Assembly (NCBI RefSeq): GCF_000143415.4
Contig: NW_003314312.1
Location: 1,251,262-1,315,261 of the forward strand
DNA from: Selaginella moellendorffii
Lineage: Eukaryota > Plantae > Lycopodiophyta
Length of the DNA: 64,000 bases
Direction: 5' to 3'
How positions within the stretch are numbered: the stretch's first letter is position 1; every line of letters starts with the position of its first letter. Below the pieces are notes generated by a model. It searched no databases, was not told the DNA's origin, and saw only the letters and a list, made by a program, of their open reading frames with translations. A program made the translations under genes and the position numbers. Below are positions 13,276 to 24,433 of the stretch, piece by piece.

Positions 13276-15427
13276 TATGGAGAGGCAATCTTCAAGAGGT
13301 TTGTCGAGACATGTAGCGAGCAGCAACCACATAAAACCCGCCTCTTGGAAGATGGAACACGAGACACCCAACGAGTTCTCCCTTCCATGTATACCAAGGG
13401 GGCCATATTGGAAGATGTGAATCGGGAACTCCAGAGTAATGGCTACAGGAAGCTGAGCCAATCTAGATTTAGTAGATTGTGGAGCAACAGGTTCAGGGAT
13501 GTGAGTATAGGAAAGTACTCCAGCTTTTCAAAGTGTGACGAGTGCACTGCTATCAAAATGGCTTTGTCGAAGAATTCTTGCAGCGCTCAAGAGCGAGAGA
13601 CGTTGGTTAGAAGGCGGCTCGACCACAACATCGAGCAGAGAAGCTGCAGGACTGCATATTATCATAACAGGATTCTCTCCATGGAGAGACCTGACTCTTA
13701 CCTCTGCATCATCCACGACAAAATGGACCAGAAAAAGACGTGCTTACCTCGACTCAATCCTGCCCCCAAGGCAATCTCTTCATCCATGCAGCTGCCTGTG
13801 TCTCTGTTTGGCATAATCGCTCATGGGCATGGTGCCCAGAACTATGGGAACTTCTTTGTACCTCTATGGGGTGGCGGGGGTGCAAACATGATGATTGCGT
13901 CCCTAGCAAAACACTTAAGGTCTCTGCAAAGTGCGCAGACTGAGCTGAACGGCCAACCCTTGCATAAGGCCCTTGTCGATCGAACCCCATACAGGGTTCA
14001 GCTGGAGGAGGAGCAAAGGCTTGCAGTATCGCGTGGGGCCCCATGCCATCCCAGTGAATATGTTGGCCGTCAGATTGTAGGGTTATCACGTGAGGCCTCA
14101 TGCCATTCCGACGAGGCTGGTCGCCCGGTGAATGCACAGCCTCATCCAAACGAAGCAGAATCTCAAGGAAGTTCTTGCGGCCGATGTGGCCTTCCACCCC
14201 ATCTTCTGCTCCAAACAGACAATGCTGGCAGTGAGAACAAAAACATGTACGTCTTCGCGTACTTGGCGATGCTTGTTGCCAAAGGCATATTTGAAACAGT
14301 TACACTTGGCTTTCTCATGGTTGGGCACACTCATGAAGACGTCGATGCCATGTTCAGTCACCTGGCAGAGTCCCTCCGGCGATCCAATGTCCTCACCCTC
14401 CCACAACTCTACGATGAATTCCAAAATTGCATCAAAGGCACTGTTGAAGCTGCACTTCTGACAGAGGTTCCAGACTTTAAGGGGTTTGTAAGAGGCTACA
14501 TCAGGGATGGATCCGAAACGCTGATTGGCCACTCCAAGCCTCTTCAGTTTCATTTCAGCATGTGTGACGGTGCTCCAGTGATGAGGTACAAGATGAGAGA
14601 ATGGGACACAGTGTGGCTGCCAGTGGACGGCATTGAACTCTTCAAGAGAGATCCCATAACTGGGGAACCTATGATTCCTCAGGGTTCCCCACGGCCGATG
14701 CACCCGGATGGACTCAAAGACCAGGAAAGTATAGTGGCCGGGATTAGACAGCATATTGCCTTCTGGAAGAGGGGGTTGGTGTTTGGTGGAGAATCCTATT
14801 TTCAGAGGTGCAAGCCTTTGCTCGAATACTGGGAGAAGATTATATCTGCTATCCAAAATGGGCCGGTTGTATATGAAGAATTGGAAGAGTCCTTTTGGCC
14901 AGAACCCAGAGCACCAGATAGTAGCGGAACAATGTCCTCTGGAAATGCAGTGACAGATAATGATGTTGAGGATCACTATTGTGGGCCGAGGAACAAGAAG
15001 CCGGATTCAGCATTCAATCCAGTACAGGTCTGCAAAGGAATGGTCGTGCTTGTCAGACCCAGTAATAAAAAACAAATGATATGGGTGGGGCGCTGCATCA
15101 CTGATGCAGAGGAGGACGCGGAAACTAACTCCTTCAATGTAACTGTGGAGTGGTTCAAGCCAAGTTCCGGATATACGAAGGATTGCCTAGAAAAGAGATG
15201 GGTGCTGAATCCAAGGGATCCCAGCATGAGCATATCGGTGGATAATGTTGTGCATGGTTGGATGCGGAAGCAGAGTGCCACCATCACCTTGCCAGACCAT
15301 GCAAGAGATGCAGCAAGAGCATTCATAACTCGGGTTCAAGGTGAGATTCATTAATATTCCTTTACAAAGTTTCTAATGTATTTTATTTCAAGGTGAACAA
15401 TCCGAATCTGAATCAAAGGAGGCTTGA
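13276..15427 (+). CDS. DDE transposase (Sola-like / DUF7869-type); 5' part lost in the N-gap
   Basis: FSKCDEC, IIHDKMDQ, LQTDNAGSENKN and FLMVGHTHEDVDAMFS motifs; C-terminal beta-barrel-like domain (VVLVRP...IWVGRC...VEWF); probable last intron 15341-15392 giving a stop at 15425-15427. Confidence 0.88.
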
Positions 15428-16560
15428 TATAGTGTGTGAGGTAAAACAAAGATGATGTGACATATGCATTTACCAATCACACGTGCATAAATCTAATAAT
15501 ATGGCGTGTGGCCCATATTAATGGCACATAAACCCATATTGTGGGCTTACGTGCTTTATGTACCATCATTCCCTTGCAGCGTGTGTGTTGGTTTCCTTTT
15601 ATAACACAACGAACTCCATATTTTAGGGTGAAGAGCGTTCTCATGGCAAGCACAAAATCTGTAAGTGAGGCAGAAAAGGAGACGGAGAAGGAGATAGGTG
15701 AAGATGTAGAATATATAAGTCTTCCAAACTCCCCGTACTATACTCCAAATGATCATTTTTCTGAACAAACGGCAACATTAACAACTATCGAGAACGCCCC
15801 AGTAACGTCAGAGACAACAATCCAAAGCAAAACAACTGACCCGGAGAAGGATGATAGTACCGCTGAGAGTACCAAAAAGGAGGTGTCCACTAGCGCTTAG
15901 GCTTATAATGGCGTGTGCCCTCATGCCATTTACTTGATCACCAAATACCTTTTTCCCTTTGCACTAGTATATCTTAATACCGGTCTGAGAAATAGAATGG
16001 CATGTGCCCTCAGGCCTTTTACTAAATCACCTTTGAAAGAAATGCAAGCCTCTATGTCGTAAAAAAAAGGTACTAGAGAAATTCCTTAATAATATGAATG
16101 TTATTTAGTTTCATGAAAATACACTAAGGGTCAAATGAGTTAAATGACTTCTCCAGACTAGCAATGCCTCTTGCTACACCTTCACAATTAGATTCGTTAG
16201 AAAAAGATAACATTGAATAATATCTAAATGTTCTCACCATTAAGTTATATGTCTGGCTAATAGGAATGATGTTCATCTTGGAAAGCTCACCACACGCTCA
16301 ATGAACAAACAAATAGTGTGTGCGCGCATGCCATCGCTCTTCTTTAGCTTCAGATTCGGCTTGTTCACCTTGACAATGAGATTTATTATACAACTAGATG
16401 GACTCAGTCTGGACATAAGGTCACCGCGCTAGTCACCATGCCCCAGATATGTCTAGCCCCTGGACAAAAAACATATAATTTCACGCCATTTTCAAATACT
16501 TGAAAATTTGTACCTAGTCCCATTTTACTGAATAAATCCCACTTTAACGAAATAGAGCTT

Positions 16561-16913
16561 TCCCCAAGATTCAATGCCTGGCTGCCCCCAATTTATGCCC
16601 ACTGATTTGTTCCAATTAATTGTTGCGCTAGCCGCGAGGTTGAAAGTCTCCAATGCCTTCTTAGCTGCATCCAGGTTCTCCTTAGTTGCGAGTAGAAACA
16701 AGGCAGTGTCGTCTGCAAGTGCTCCATCAAGGAGTTCTTGAGTCACCCTTGTGGTTCCCGGAAGTTGCTATCTTACAGCTGGTAGGGTGAGTCCTTTAAT
16801 GTGCCCACCTTCCGCTAGAAATGTGCCCAGGGCCTCAGCCACAATCAGAAAAAGATAGGGTGCTAGTGGACACCCTTGGCGTACCGAACGTCCCAGCTGA
16901 AAACTCATTCCCG
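16561..16913 (-). pseudogene. LINE RT middle segment
   Basis: VRQGCPLAPYLF, LADDTALF, INWNKS. Confidence 0.9.
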
Positions 16914-16999
16914 TGTAAGGAACCAACTCGCCGAGGTGTCGTAGGCTAAAGGAACCCCGAAAGCATGACCAAAATGACAAAGAGTTCATCGGATGGGAC

Positions 17000-17265
17000 C
17001 AAGTCGAAGATCGAGTCCAAGACCGACTCTAGGACCGAGTTCGAGATAGAGTCCGGAATCGAGTCCAAGACTGACTCGGGGACCGAGTTCGAGTCCGAGT
17101 TCGAGACCGAGTTCGAGACGGAGTCCGAGATCCGAAATCGGGTCCGAGACCGAGTCCAAGGTCGAGTCCGAGGTCGGGTCCGAGATCAGGTCCAAGATTG
17201 AGTCCGAGATCGAGTCCGAGACCGAATCCGAAATCGGGTCCGAGATCAAGCCAGAGACTAAGTCC
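17000..17265. repeat. LTR-internal hexamer-based tandem repeat (GAGTCC/GAGACC/GAGATC)
   Basis: Visible directly; also at 23370-23650, 38155-38372 and 44157-44400. Confidence 0.9.
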
Positions 17266-18110
17266 AAATACTAATATGGGTCAAGGGGTGAAAGCCCAAA
17301 GCGTGCGTCTCCCAGGGGGGGGGGGGGCTGCAGGGGGTTCCAAAAGTATAGTAGGGATAGTGAGGTCCAGGAACCAGTTTTGAAGGGACTCTCCAGTGGG
17401 GCTTCTAAACTGACTTGAGGTTGAGACTGGGACCGACGGGCCTTGGGTGGGAGTGAGCACGGACTTGGTTGGTGCCGGAGGGGCCATCCAAGGAAGTGCT
17501 CAAGAGCAGCTCCCACTCCCGAAAGGGAAACTGATTGCGGTGCTCCCGGCTCATGTGGAGTGGTGCCCCACTTGAGTACCATGCGGCTCATTGGTCCTCG
17601 CCCTGCCTAGGGGCTTGGGCCTTCCTTCGGGATGGAAGTGGGGGGGTAGAGGTACCCATACCGGGCCGCTAGGCCACGGTGTTTCGCCCCGGTGCCCCGA
17701 AGCAAGTGTTGCACTCAAGACTTGGGATTTAGAGGGTCCCATGATCAAGTCTTGTGGTACCAAGGGATATTAGGAACCTGGAAGCTTGGTGTGCTTGGCT
17801 GCTTGTGCTTGCGGGGAGTGTAGCCGAACCTTAAGTCCAGTCTAACCCGAGGAGGGGGATTGGGGGTGATTTGGGAATCCGTGGATGGATGGCTAACACT
17901 CCGTTGCTCGTGCAGTGAGTAGCTGAGACCAAGTAGAAGCTGGTACCATAGGCAAGAACCTTGGCAAGGGAACTTAGCAAAAGCCAAGGCAATGTTGGAC
18001 GGATAGACGAGGTAAGCTAGCAAATTGGAAAGGAAAAATTTATGGCTTACAATTTGGTATCGGAGCCTTTTCCTCAGTTCTAGCGAAGGATAGAGGCGGA
18101 TTGTTGGGAG

Positions 18111-21100
18111 ATGGCAAGGGCAGGGCGTAAGCGAACCCAGGCGGAGACGGAACCTCCGCCGGAGCTGGAGCCTCCGGTCGAACAAGAGGCTATGGATGAG
18201 GAATCCTTGCATGAGGAGGACTCCAGTGAGGAAACTTCCAAACAGGAGTCCGGTGGCGAGGTTCGGTCGTCCAAGGCTCGATTGGACGTGCTAGAAGGAC
18301 AATTGGCACCGACCAATGCCCTGCTAGAGACTGTCGTACACAAGTTAAAGCATGACGAGAAGCGGAAGAAAAAGTGAAAGACTGCGGATGCTGGCAGCGC
18401 AGAAGGTGCGGACCCTTTGGCAGGGACTGAGGCAAAACCAGACAAGGTCGAACAGACCGAAGTGGAATCAGTCCCTCAGGCAGTTCCCAAGTACAAACCA
18501 AAGCCCCCACTGGTGTTCAAGGGAGTGAACGACTATAAAGTTGTGGAGGATTGGTTTTACGATATGGAGGACTACTTCCGAGCGTTGCGATTACCGAGCT
18601 CGGAGAAGGTCCCATGTGCAAAACCATACTTGGCAGATAATGCCAAGTCTTGGTGGAGAACAACGGAGGCCAACGAAGGACCGGTGGCCACCTGGGACAT
18701 GATGAAGGCGAGGATCCGCACAACATACGTTCCTCCGAATGCCACTCTGCATCTGAGAGATGAGCTAAGTAGGCTGAAGCAGACTGGAACCATCCAGGAA
18801 TATGTGAATGGGTTCATGGCAAAGAGGATACTTGTCACGGACATGGGGGATATGGATGCGTTCCATGCCTTTATATCAGGTTTGCAAACCTGGGCTCGCG
18901 GTGAAGTGATGCGCTGGAACCCGACCAACTACAAGGAAGCGTTGGATGCGGCCATCAAGGTGCATTTCAACGATAACCTGCGAAAGGGGAACACGACGGG
19001 GTCGGGATCCACGTTTAGCAAAGGGGCTAAACCAAGGGGAACGTATAGCAGAGGGAAATTCAAGAAGAGTTTCTCTAAGAATGAGTCCTCGGGGTTCCGA
19101 AAAGGCAAATCTGGTGGCCAGCGAGCGAGTACGTGGGGAAGTCAAGCAAAAAGAGACAAACCCACGGATAAAAAGGTCAAGTCATATAGCAGCGTGGGAA
19201 ACAACGTATGCTATAACTGCGGTGAAGCGGGACACTTCTCGAGGGAATGTCCCTACCCGAAGAAGGCCAGAGCCAATATGGCCATCAAATCGGGTGAAGT
19301 CCAAACTGAGGTATGTGATCCAGTCCTTAACTCAAAGTTGCTCATTACACAAGCAACTTTGGTAGAGAGTCGTTCGCGACATCTACTAGCCCTCCGAGGG
19401 AAGCTCGGAGGTAGCTTTGTTAAGATCCTTATTGACACGGGTGTTTCGGATAATTTTGTGGCTGCAGACATAGTCCGGCAAGCCGGACTAACGGTGCAGC
19501 GGCTAGGCGAACCAAAGACTATAGAGTTTGTTCAAGGTAGCCAAAGCACCGATGAGGTACTTTGACAAGCGAGAGTCGAAGTAGGGACATGGAAAGTAGA
19601 CATGGATTTCACCATGTTGGATATGGCGGGATTTGACGTGATCTTCGGAATGGATTGGTTCAATCAGTTCGTGGTAGCCCTACATGGACAAGGTAGGAAC
19701 CTTGTGGTACTGGTGAATGCCTAAGGAAGAAGATCTAGGGTGGAGGCCCAGGATCTAAAGGTAGGGCAATGCAAGGCCAAAGAATCCTGCTTAAACCTGG
19801 TGTCCACGAGAGGACAACTCACTAAAGGAACTAAGGCAGCCTTTTTGTGCTTACTCTCGGTGAAGAGTGACAAAAAGATAGGAACGGAAGAAGTACCTTT
19901 AGTGATCCAGCAGGTGTTGGACCAATTCCAGGATACCATGCCAGAGGAGCTACCGGCGGGGTTGCCCCCCGCATGACCAATAGAACATAAGATTGAGCTG
20001 GTCGAGGGTGCTGAGGCGGTGGTTCGTCCACCCTATCGTTTGAATGAAAAAGAACTTGTGGAGCTCAAACGCCAACTAGAGGAGTTGGTGGACAAAGGGT
20101 ATGTTAGGTTGAGCAAATCGCCGTATAGGGCACCGGTGCTATTTGTGAAAAAGAAAGATGGGTCTATATGCATGTGCATAGACTACCGATTGCTCAACAA
20201 GTATACAAAGAAGAACAAGTACCCTTTGCCAAGGATTGAGGACCTGTTCGATAGGTTGGGAAAGGCAAAATACTTCTCGAGAATTGACCTAAGTTCAGGA
20301 TACTACCAGATCAGGGTAGCAGAGGAAGATGTCGAGAAGACAACCTATCGAACGAGGTATGGGAGCTTTGAGTTTCTGGTGATGCCCTTCGGACTATGCA
20401 ATGCGCCGGCAACGTTTTCGGCGTTGATGAACCATATCTTTGTACCCTATCTGGATCACTTTGTGGTCGTCTATATTGACGACATCCTGATCTATAGCGA
20501 AACACTAGAGGAGCATGCCAAACACTTGACGAAGGTGTTTGAGAAACTAAGGGAACACCAGCTGTATGCTAAAGAGAGCAAATGTGACTTTGCTCAACAA
20601 GAGGTAAAGTTTCTCGGGCATGTGGTGGGCAAGGATGGGCTCAAGGTGGACCCTGAGAAGGTCTAAGCGATCCAGGATTGGGAGCGACCATCGAATGTAC
20701 ATGAGTTAAGGGCATTCTTGGGGCTATGCAACTACTATCGAAAGTTTATCAGACACTATTCGAGAGTAGCCCTGCCCTTAACGGACCAAACGGGAAAAGG
20801 GAAGATGGTATGGACAGCGGAATGCGAGGCGGCATTCATCCACCTCAAAGGGAAGTTGAGGAAGGCCCCCGTGTTGGCATTACCAGACTTTGGTAAGGAC
20901 TTTGAGGTAGAAACAGATGCTTCAGACTTTGCGTTGGGCGCAGTTTTGAAGCAGGACAACCATCCAGTAGCATTCTTCTCGAAGAAGTTGGACAAGGCTC
21001 AACGGAAGTGGCCTGCCCATGAGAAGGAATTGTTTGCAGTGGTCAAGGCGCTCAAGGAGTGGCGACACTACCTTGGGAGACACTTCAAAGTTTACACGGA

Positions 21101-22883
21101 CAATGTGGCAACGAAACACTTCTTGTCACAGCCCGACCTAAGGGGAAAACAAGGTCGGTGGGCCAATGCTTTGGCCGAGTTTGATTGCGAGATCCTGTAC
21201 AAGCCTGGGAAGAGCAACATCGTGGCAGATGCGCTAAGTAGAAAAGCAAGCTTGAAGTTGGCGATATCTAGCATGACAGAAACCTTTTGGGATGATGTGC
21301 GGACTGCATACGAGAACGATGGTCTAGCACAAGAAGTGTTGCTGAGGAATCTAGAGGCACGGGAAGCTCACCAGAGAGGTGAGCTGCCAACGGAAGAGAA
21401 AACGGGCTATGCGGAACGCAACGGACTCATATATTACAAGCAAACGAGGGTGTATGTTCCAGAAGGGGAACTAAGGAAGGTAGCCTTGGAAGAGTGTCAT
21501 GACGGACCTCTCGCGGGACACGGCGGAGTGCCCAAGACGATGGGCTTACTCAAAAGGAAGTATCACTGGCCAGATATGGCTAAGGATGTCCAAGACTATG
21601 TAAAGACATGTCCAACATGTCAGCAGGTCAAAGCTGTGACAAAGGCTAGTGGGGGCTTGTTGCAAAGCATCCCCATTCCAGATCATCCGTGGAAATGTCT
21701 CACGATGGACTTCATCACGGGACTACCCCCAAGCGAGGGGTTCGATGTGATATTCGTGGTGGTGGACCGATTTTCAAAGATGGCACATTTCATACCCACC
21801 ACAACGGAAGTGGATGCGGAAGGTGTGGCGAAGCTGTTCTTCGAACAAGTGGTTCGAGTGCGGGGAAGGCCGGAAGAGATTATCTCAGATCGAGATAAGA
21901 TCTTCACCAGTAGGTTCTGGAGGACACTTCTAGAACAGTATCGCACCAAGTTGAAATTCAGCACAGCCTATCACCCACAAACAGGTAATGGGTATTAAGT
22001 CAAGATTGATGGCACTAACACTTCTTGACAGACGGACAAACGGAAAAGGTGAATAGGCAGCTGGAGGATTATTTGCGATGCTATGTCTCAGGAGACCAGA
22101 CCAACTGGGTAAGTCATTTGGGACTTGCGGAAATGTGTTATAACAACTCACCACATTCGAGCATCGGGGTGAGTCCATGGGAAGTCATCAATGGGCGAGC
22201 TATTGAAGGTCCTGTGGAACTCGGCGTGGCCGAGTATCATGGTGAGTTACCTGCAGTGGAGGCATTCACGGCGGAAAGACTCAACATTTGGAATCTAGTG
22301 AGGGATTCCTTGGAACGGGCTCAACAAAGGCAAACTAAGTATGCGAACCAAAAGTGTCGGGATGTGGAGTTCCAAGCTGGGGAGAAGGTGTGGCTGAACA
22401 CCAAGAACCTCAGGCTACCAAGTGGGATCAGCCGGAAGTTGACCCAAAGGTAAAAATGCATGTGTTCCTGTAAATGAATTAATCTTGAGTTCCTTAAGCA
22501 GGTTCGCGGGGCCTTACGAGATTGAGGCTCGAATCGGTAAAGTGGCTTACCGTCTCCGACTTCCTCGAGAGATGGGGAAGATGCATCCCGTGTTCCACGT
22601 GAACTTACTCAAGCCGTATTTTGAGGATCCGCTTCGCAAGGACCAAGTAAGACCTTTACCTGAGGTTATCCAAGGGGAGGAGGAATACGAAGTCGAGGCC
22701 ATCCTCAATGCGCGCAAGAGCAAGTGACAAGGACGCGAGGGGAGAGAGTTCCATGTGAAGTGGAAAGGATTTCCACACTGCGAAGCAACATGGGAACCGG
22801 AGGAGAACCTAGCGAACGCGCGAGATCTAGTGGAGGAATTTCTGCATGGCAGAACTCTATGTACTTATGCAAAGTTCAATTAA
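18111..22883 (+). pseudogene. Single gag-pol frame with two introns in the integrase; several nonsense codons consistent with C-to-T changes
   Basis: CYNCGEAGHFSREC, LIDTG, YIDD, TDAS, HHCC, MDFI, GPY and chromodomain (YEVEAIL...HVKWKGF...TWEPEENL). All ORFs to 21998 share one frame; removing 21985-22031 and 22450-22501 keeps it. Confidence 0.92.
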
Positions 22884-24433
22884 AATTATCAATTTGAGAA
22901 GTTGAGCAATGGCATATGTTGGGACCCGAAGGCGCGCCGAAGGTAAGCTAATTAGCATGGGTTAGCTAGGTTGACCAGGCGTAAGGAGCTACGCCCGACT
23001 CCCTGCGGGGATGTCGAATCCGTAGACGTATTTTACGGAGGTTGGGTTCAAGTCCCAACCCCCTAGTAAAGCAAGGCTAGGTTCAAGTCCCGACCCCATA
23101 CTAGGGCGTGGTGAGGTGAGGAGTATAGGGACACCTATATTCCGTTGTCATGGGCTCTTGGCCGGGGAGGCTAACTTAGGCACATTGCTAAGTGGGGGGA
23201 TGCCCCCGAAGACATGGTCAACAAGTCGTAGGATAAAACGAGACGTTCGATGTGGGCATCGAACTTCTTCTATGGGTGGTGGAGTTGTAAGGAACCAACT
23301 CGCCGAGGTGTCGTAGGCTAAAGGAACCCCGAAAGCATGACCAAAATAACAAAGAGTTCATCGGATAGGACCAAGTCGAAGATCGAGTCCAAGACCGACT
23401 CTAGGACCGAATTCGAGATAGAGTCCGGAATCGAGTCCGAGACCGACTCGGGGACCGAGTTCGAGTCCGAGTCCGAGACCGAGTTCGAGACGGAGTCTGA
23501 GATCCGAAATCGGGTCCGAGACCGAGTTCGAGGTCGGGTCCGAGGTCGGGTCCGAGATCGGGTCCGAGATCAAGTCCGAGATCAAGTCCGAGACCGAATC
23601 CGAAGTCGGATCCGAAATCGGGTTCGAGATCGAGCCAGAGACTAAGTCCAAATACTAATATGGGTCAAGGGGTGAAAGCCCAAAGCGTGCGTCTCCCAAG
23701 GGGGGGGGGCTGCAGGGGGTTCCAAAAGTATAGTAGGGATAGTGAGGTCCAGGAACCAGTTTTGAAGGGACTCTCCAGTGGGGCTTCCAAACCGACTTAA
23801 GGTTGAGACTGGGACCGACGGGCCTTGGGTGGGAGTGAGCACGGACTTGGTTGGTGCCGGAGGGGCCATCCAAGGAAGTGCTCAAGAGCAGCTCCCACTC
23901 CCGAAAGGGAAACCGATTGCGGTGTTCCCGGCTCATGTGGAGTGGTGCCCCACTTGAGTACCATGCGGCTCATTGGTCCTCGCCCTGCCTAGGGGCTTGG
24001 GCCTTCCTTCGGGATGGAAGTGGGGGGGTAGAGGTACCCATACCGGGCCGCTAGGCCACGGTGTTTCGCCCCGGTGTCCCGAAGCAAGTGTTGCACTCAA
24101 GACTTGGGATTTAGAGGGTCCTATGATCAAGTCTTGTGGTACCAAGGGATATTAGGAACCTGGAAGCTTGGTGTGCTTGGCTGCTTGTGCTTGCGGGGAG
24201 TGTAGCCGAACCTTAAGTCCAGTCTAACCCGGGGAGGGGGATTGGGGGTGATTTGGGAATCTGTGGATGGATGGCTAACACTCCGTTACTCGTGCAGTGA
24301 GTAGTTGAGACCAAGTAGGAGCTGGTACCATAGGCGAGAACCTTGGCAAGGGAACTTAGCAAAAGCCAAGGCAGTGTTGGACGGATAGACGAGGTAAGCT
24401 GGCAAATTGAAAAGGAAAAATTTGTGGCTTACA

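Larger units (their letters stand above)
4716..16333. repeat. Dispersed 22-bp palindrome ATGGCRTG-N6-CAYGCCAT (more than 20 copies, some degenerate)
   Basis: Copies start at about 4716, 5793, 5868, 7095, 7286, 7427, 8899, 10176, 10236, 10313, 11092, 11227, 12091, 12163, 12199, 12814, 12912, 14028, 14085, 15501, 15908, 15997, 16313; none noticed outside the two transposon copies. Confidence 0.92.
4341..16560 (+). mobile_element. Large TIR DNA transposon, Sola-like, copy 1 (both termini present; internal assembly gap)
   Basis: TIR AAGCTCTATTTCGTTAAAGTGGGA at 4341-4364 and its reverse complement at 16537-16560; TCCC TSD at 4337-4340 and 16561-16564; excision restores the LINE RT frame (ESWGQSIGF*WLKPGEDARYLGI). 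The Sola assignment is inferred from the 4-bp TSD and transposase motifs. Confidence 0.93.
16914..24433 (+). mobile_element. Full-length chromovirus-type Ty3/gypsy LTR retrotransposon (family A)
   Basis: LTRs 16914-18051 and 23286-24433 (TGTAAG...CTTACA); PBS TGGTATCGGAGC at 18055 (iMet type); PPT at ~23272-23285; domain order gag-PR-RT-RH-IN-chromodomain. Confidence 0.97.

Noticed and set aside
15541-15900. Third gene in the transposon
   Set aside because: Low-complexity Ser/Thr/Glu ORF with no recognisable motif; might be an alternative exon but cannot be supported.
4716-16333. Palindromic repeats as a CRISPR array
   Set aside because: Spacing is irregular (tens of bp to kb), copies lie in introns and exons, and there are no cas genes.
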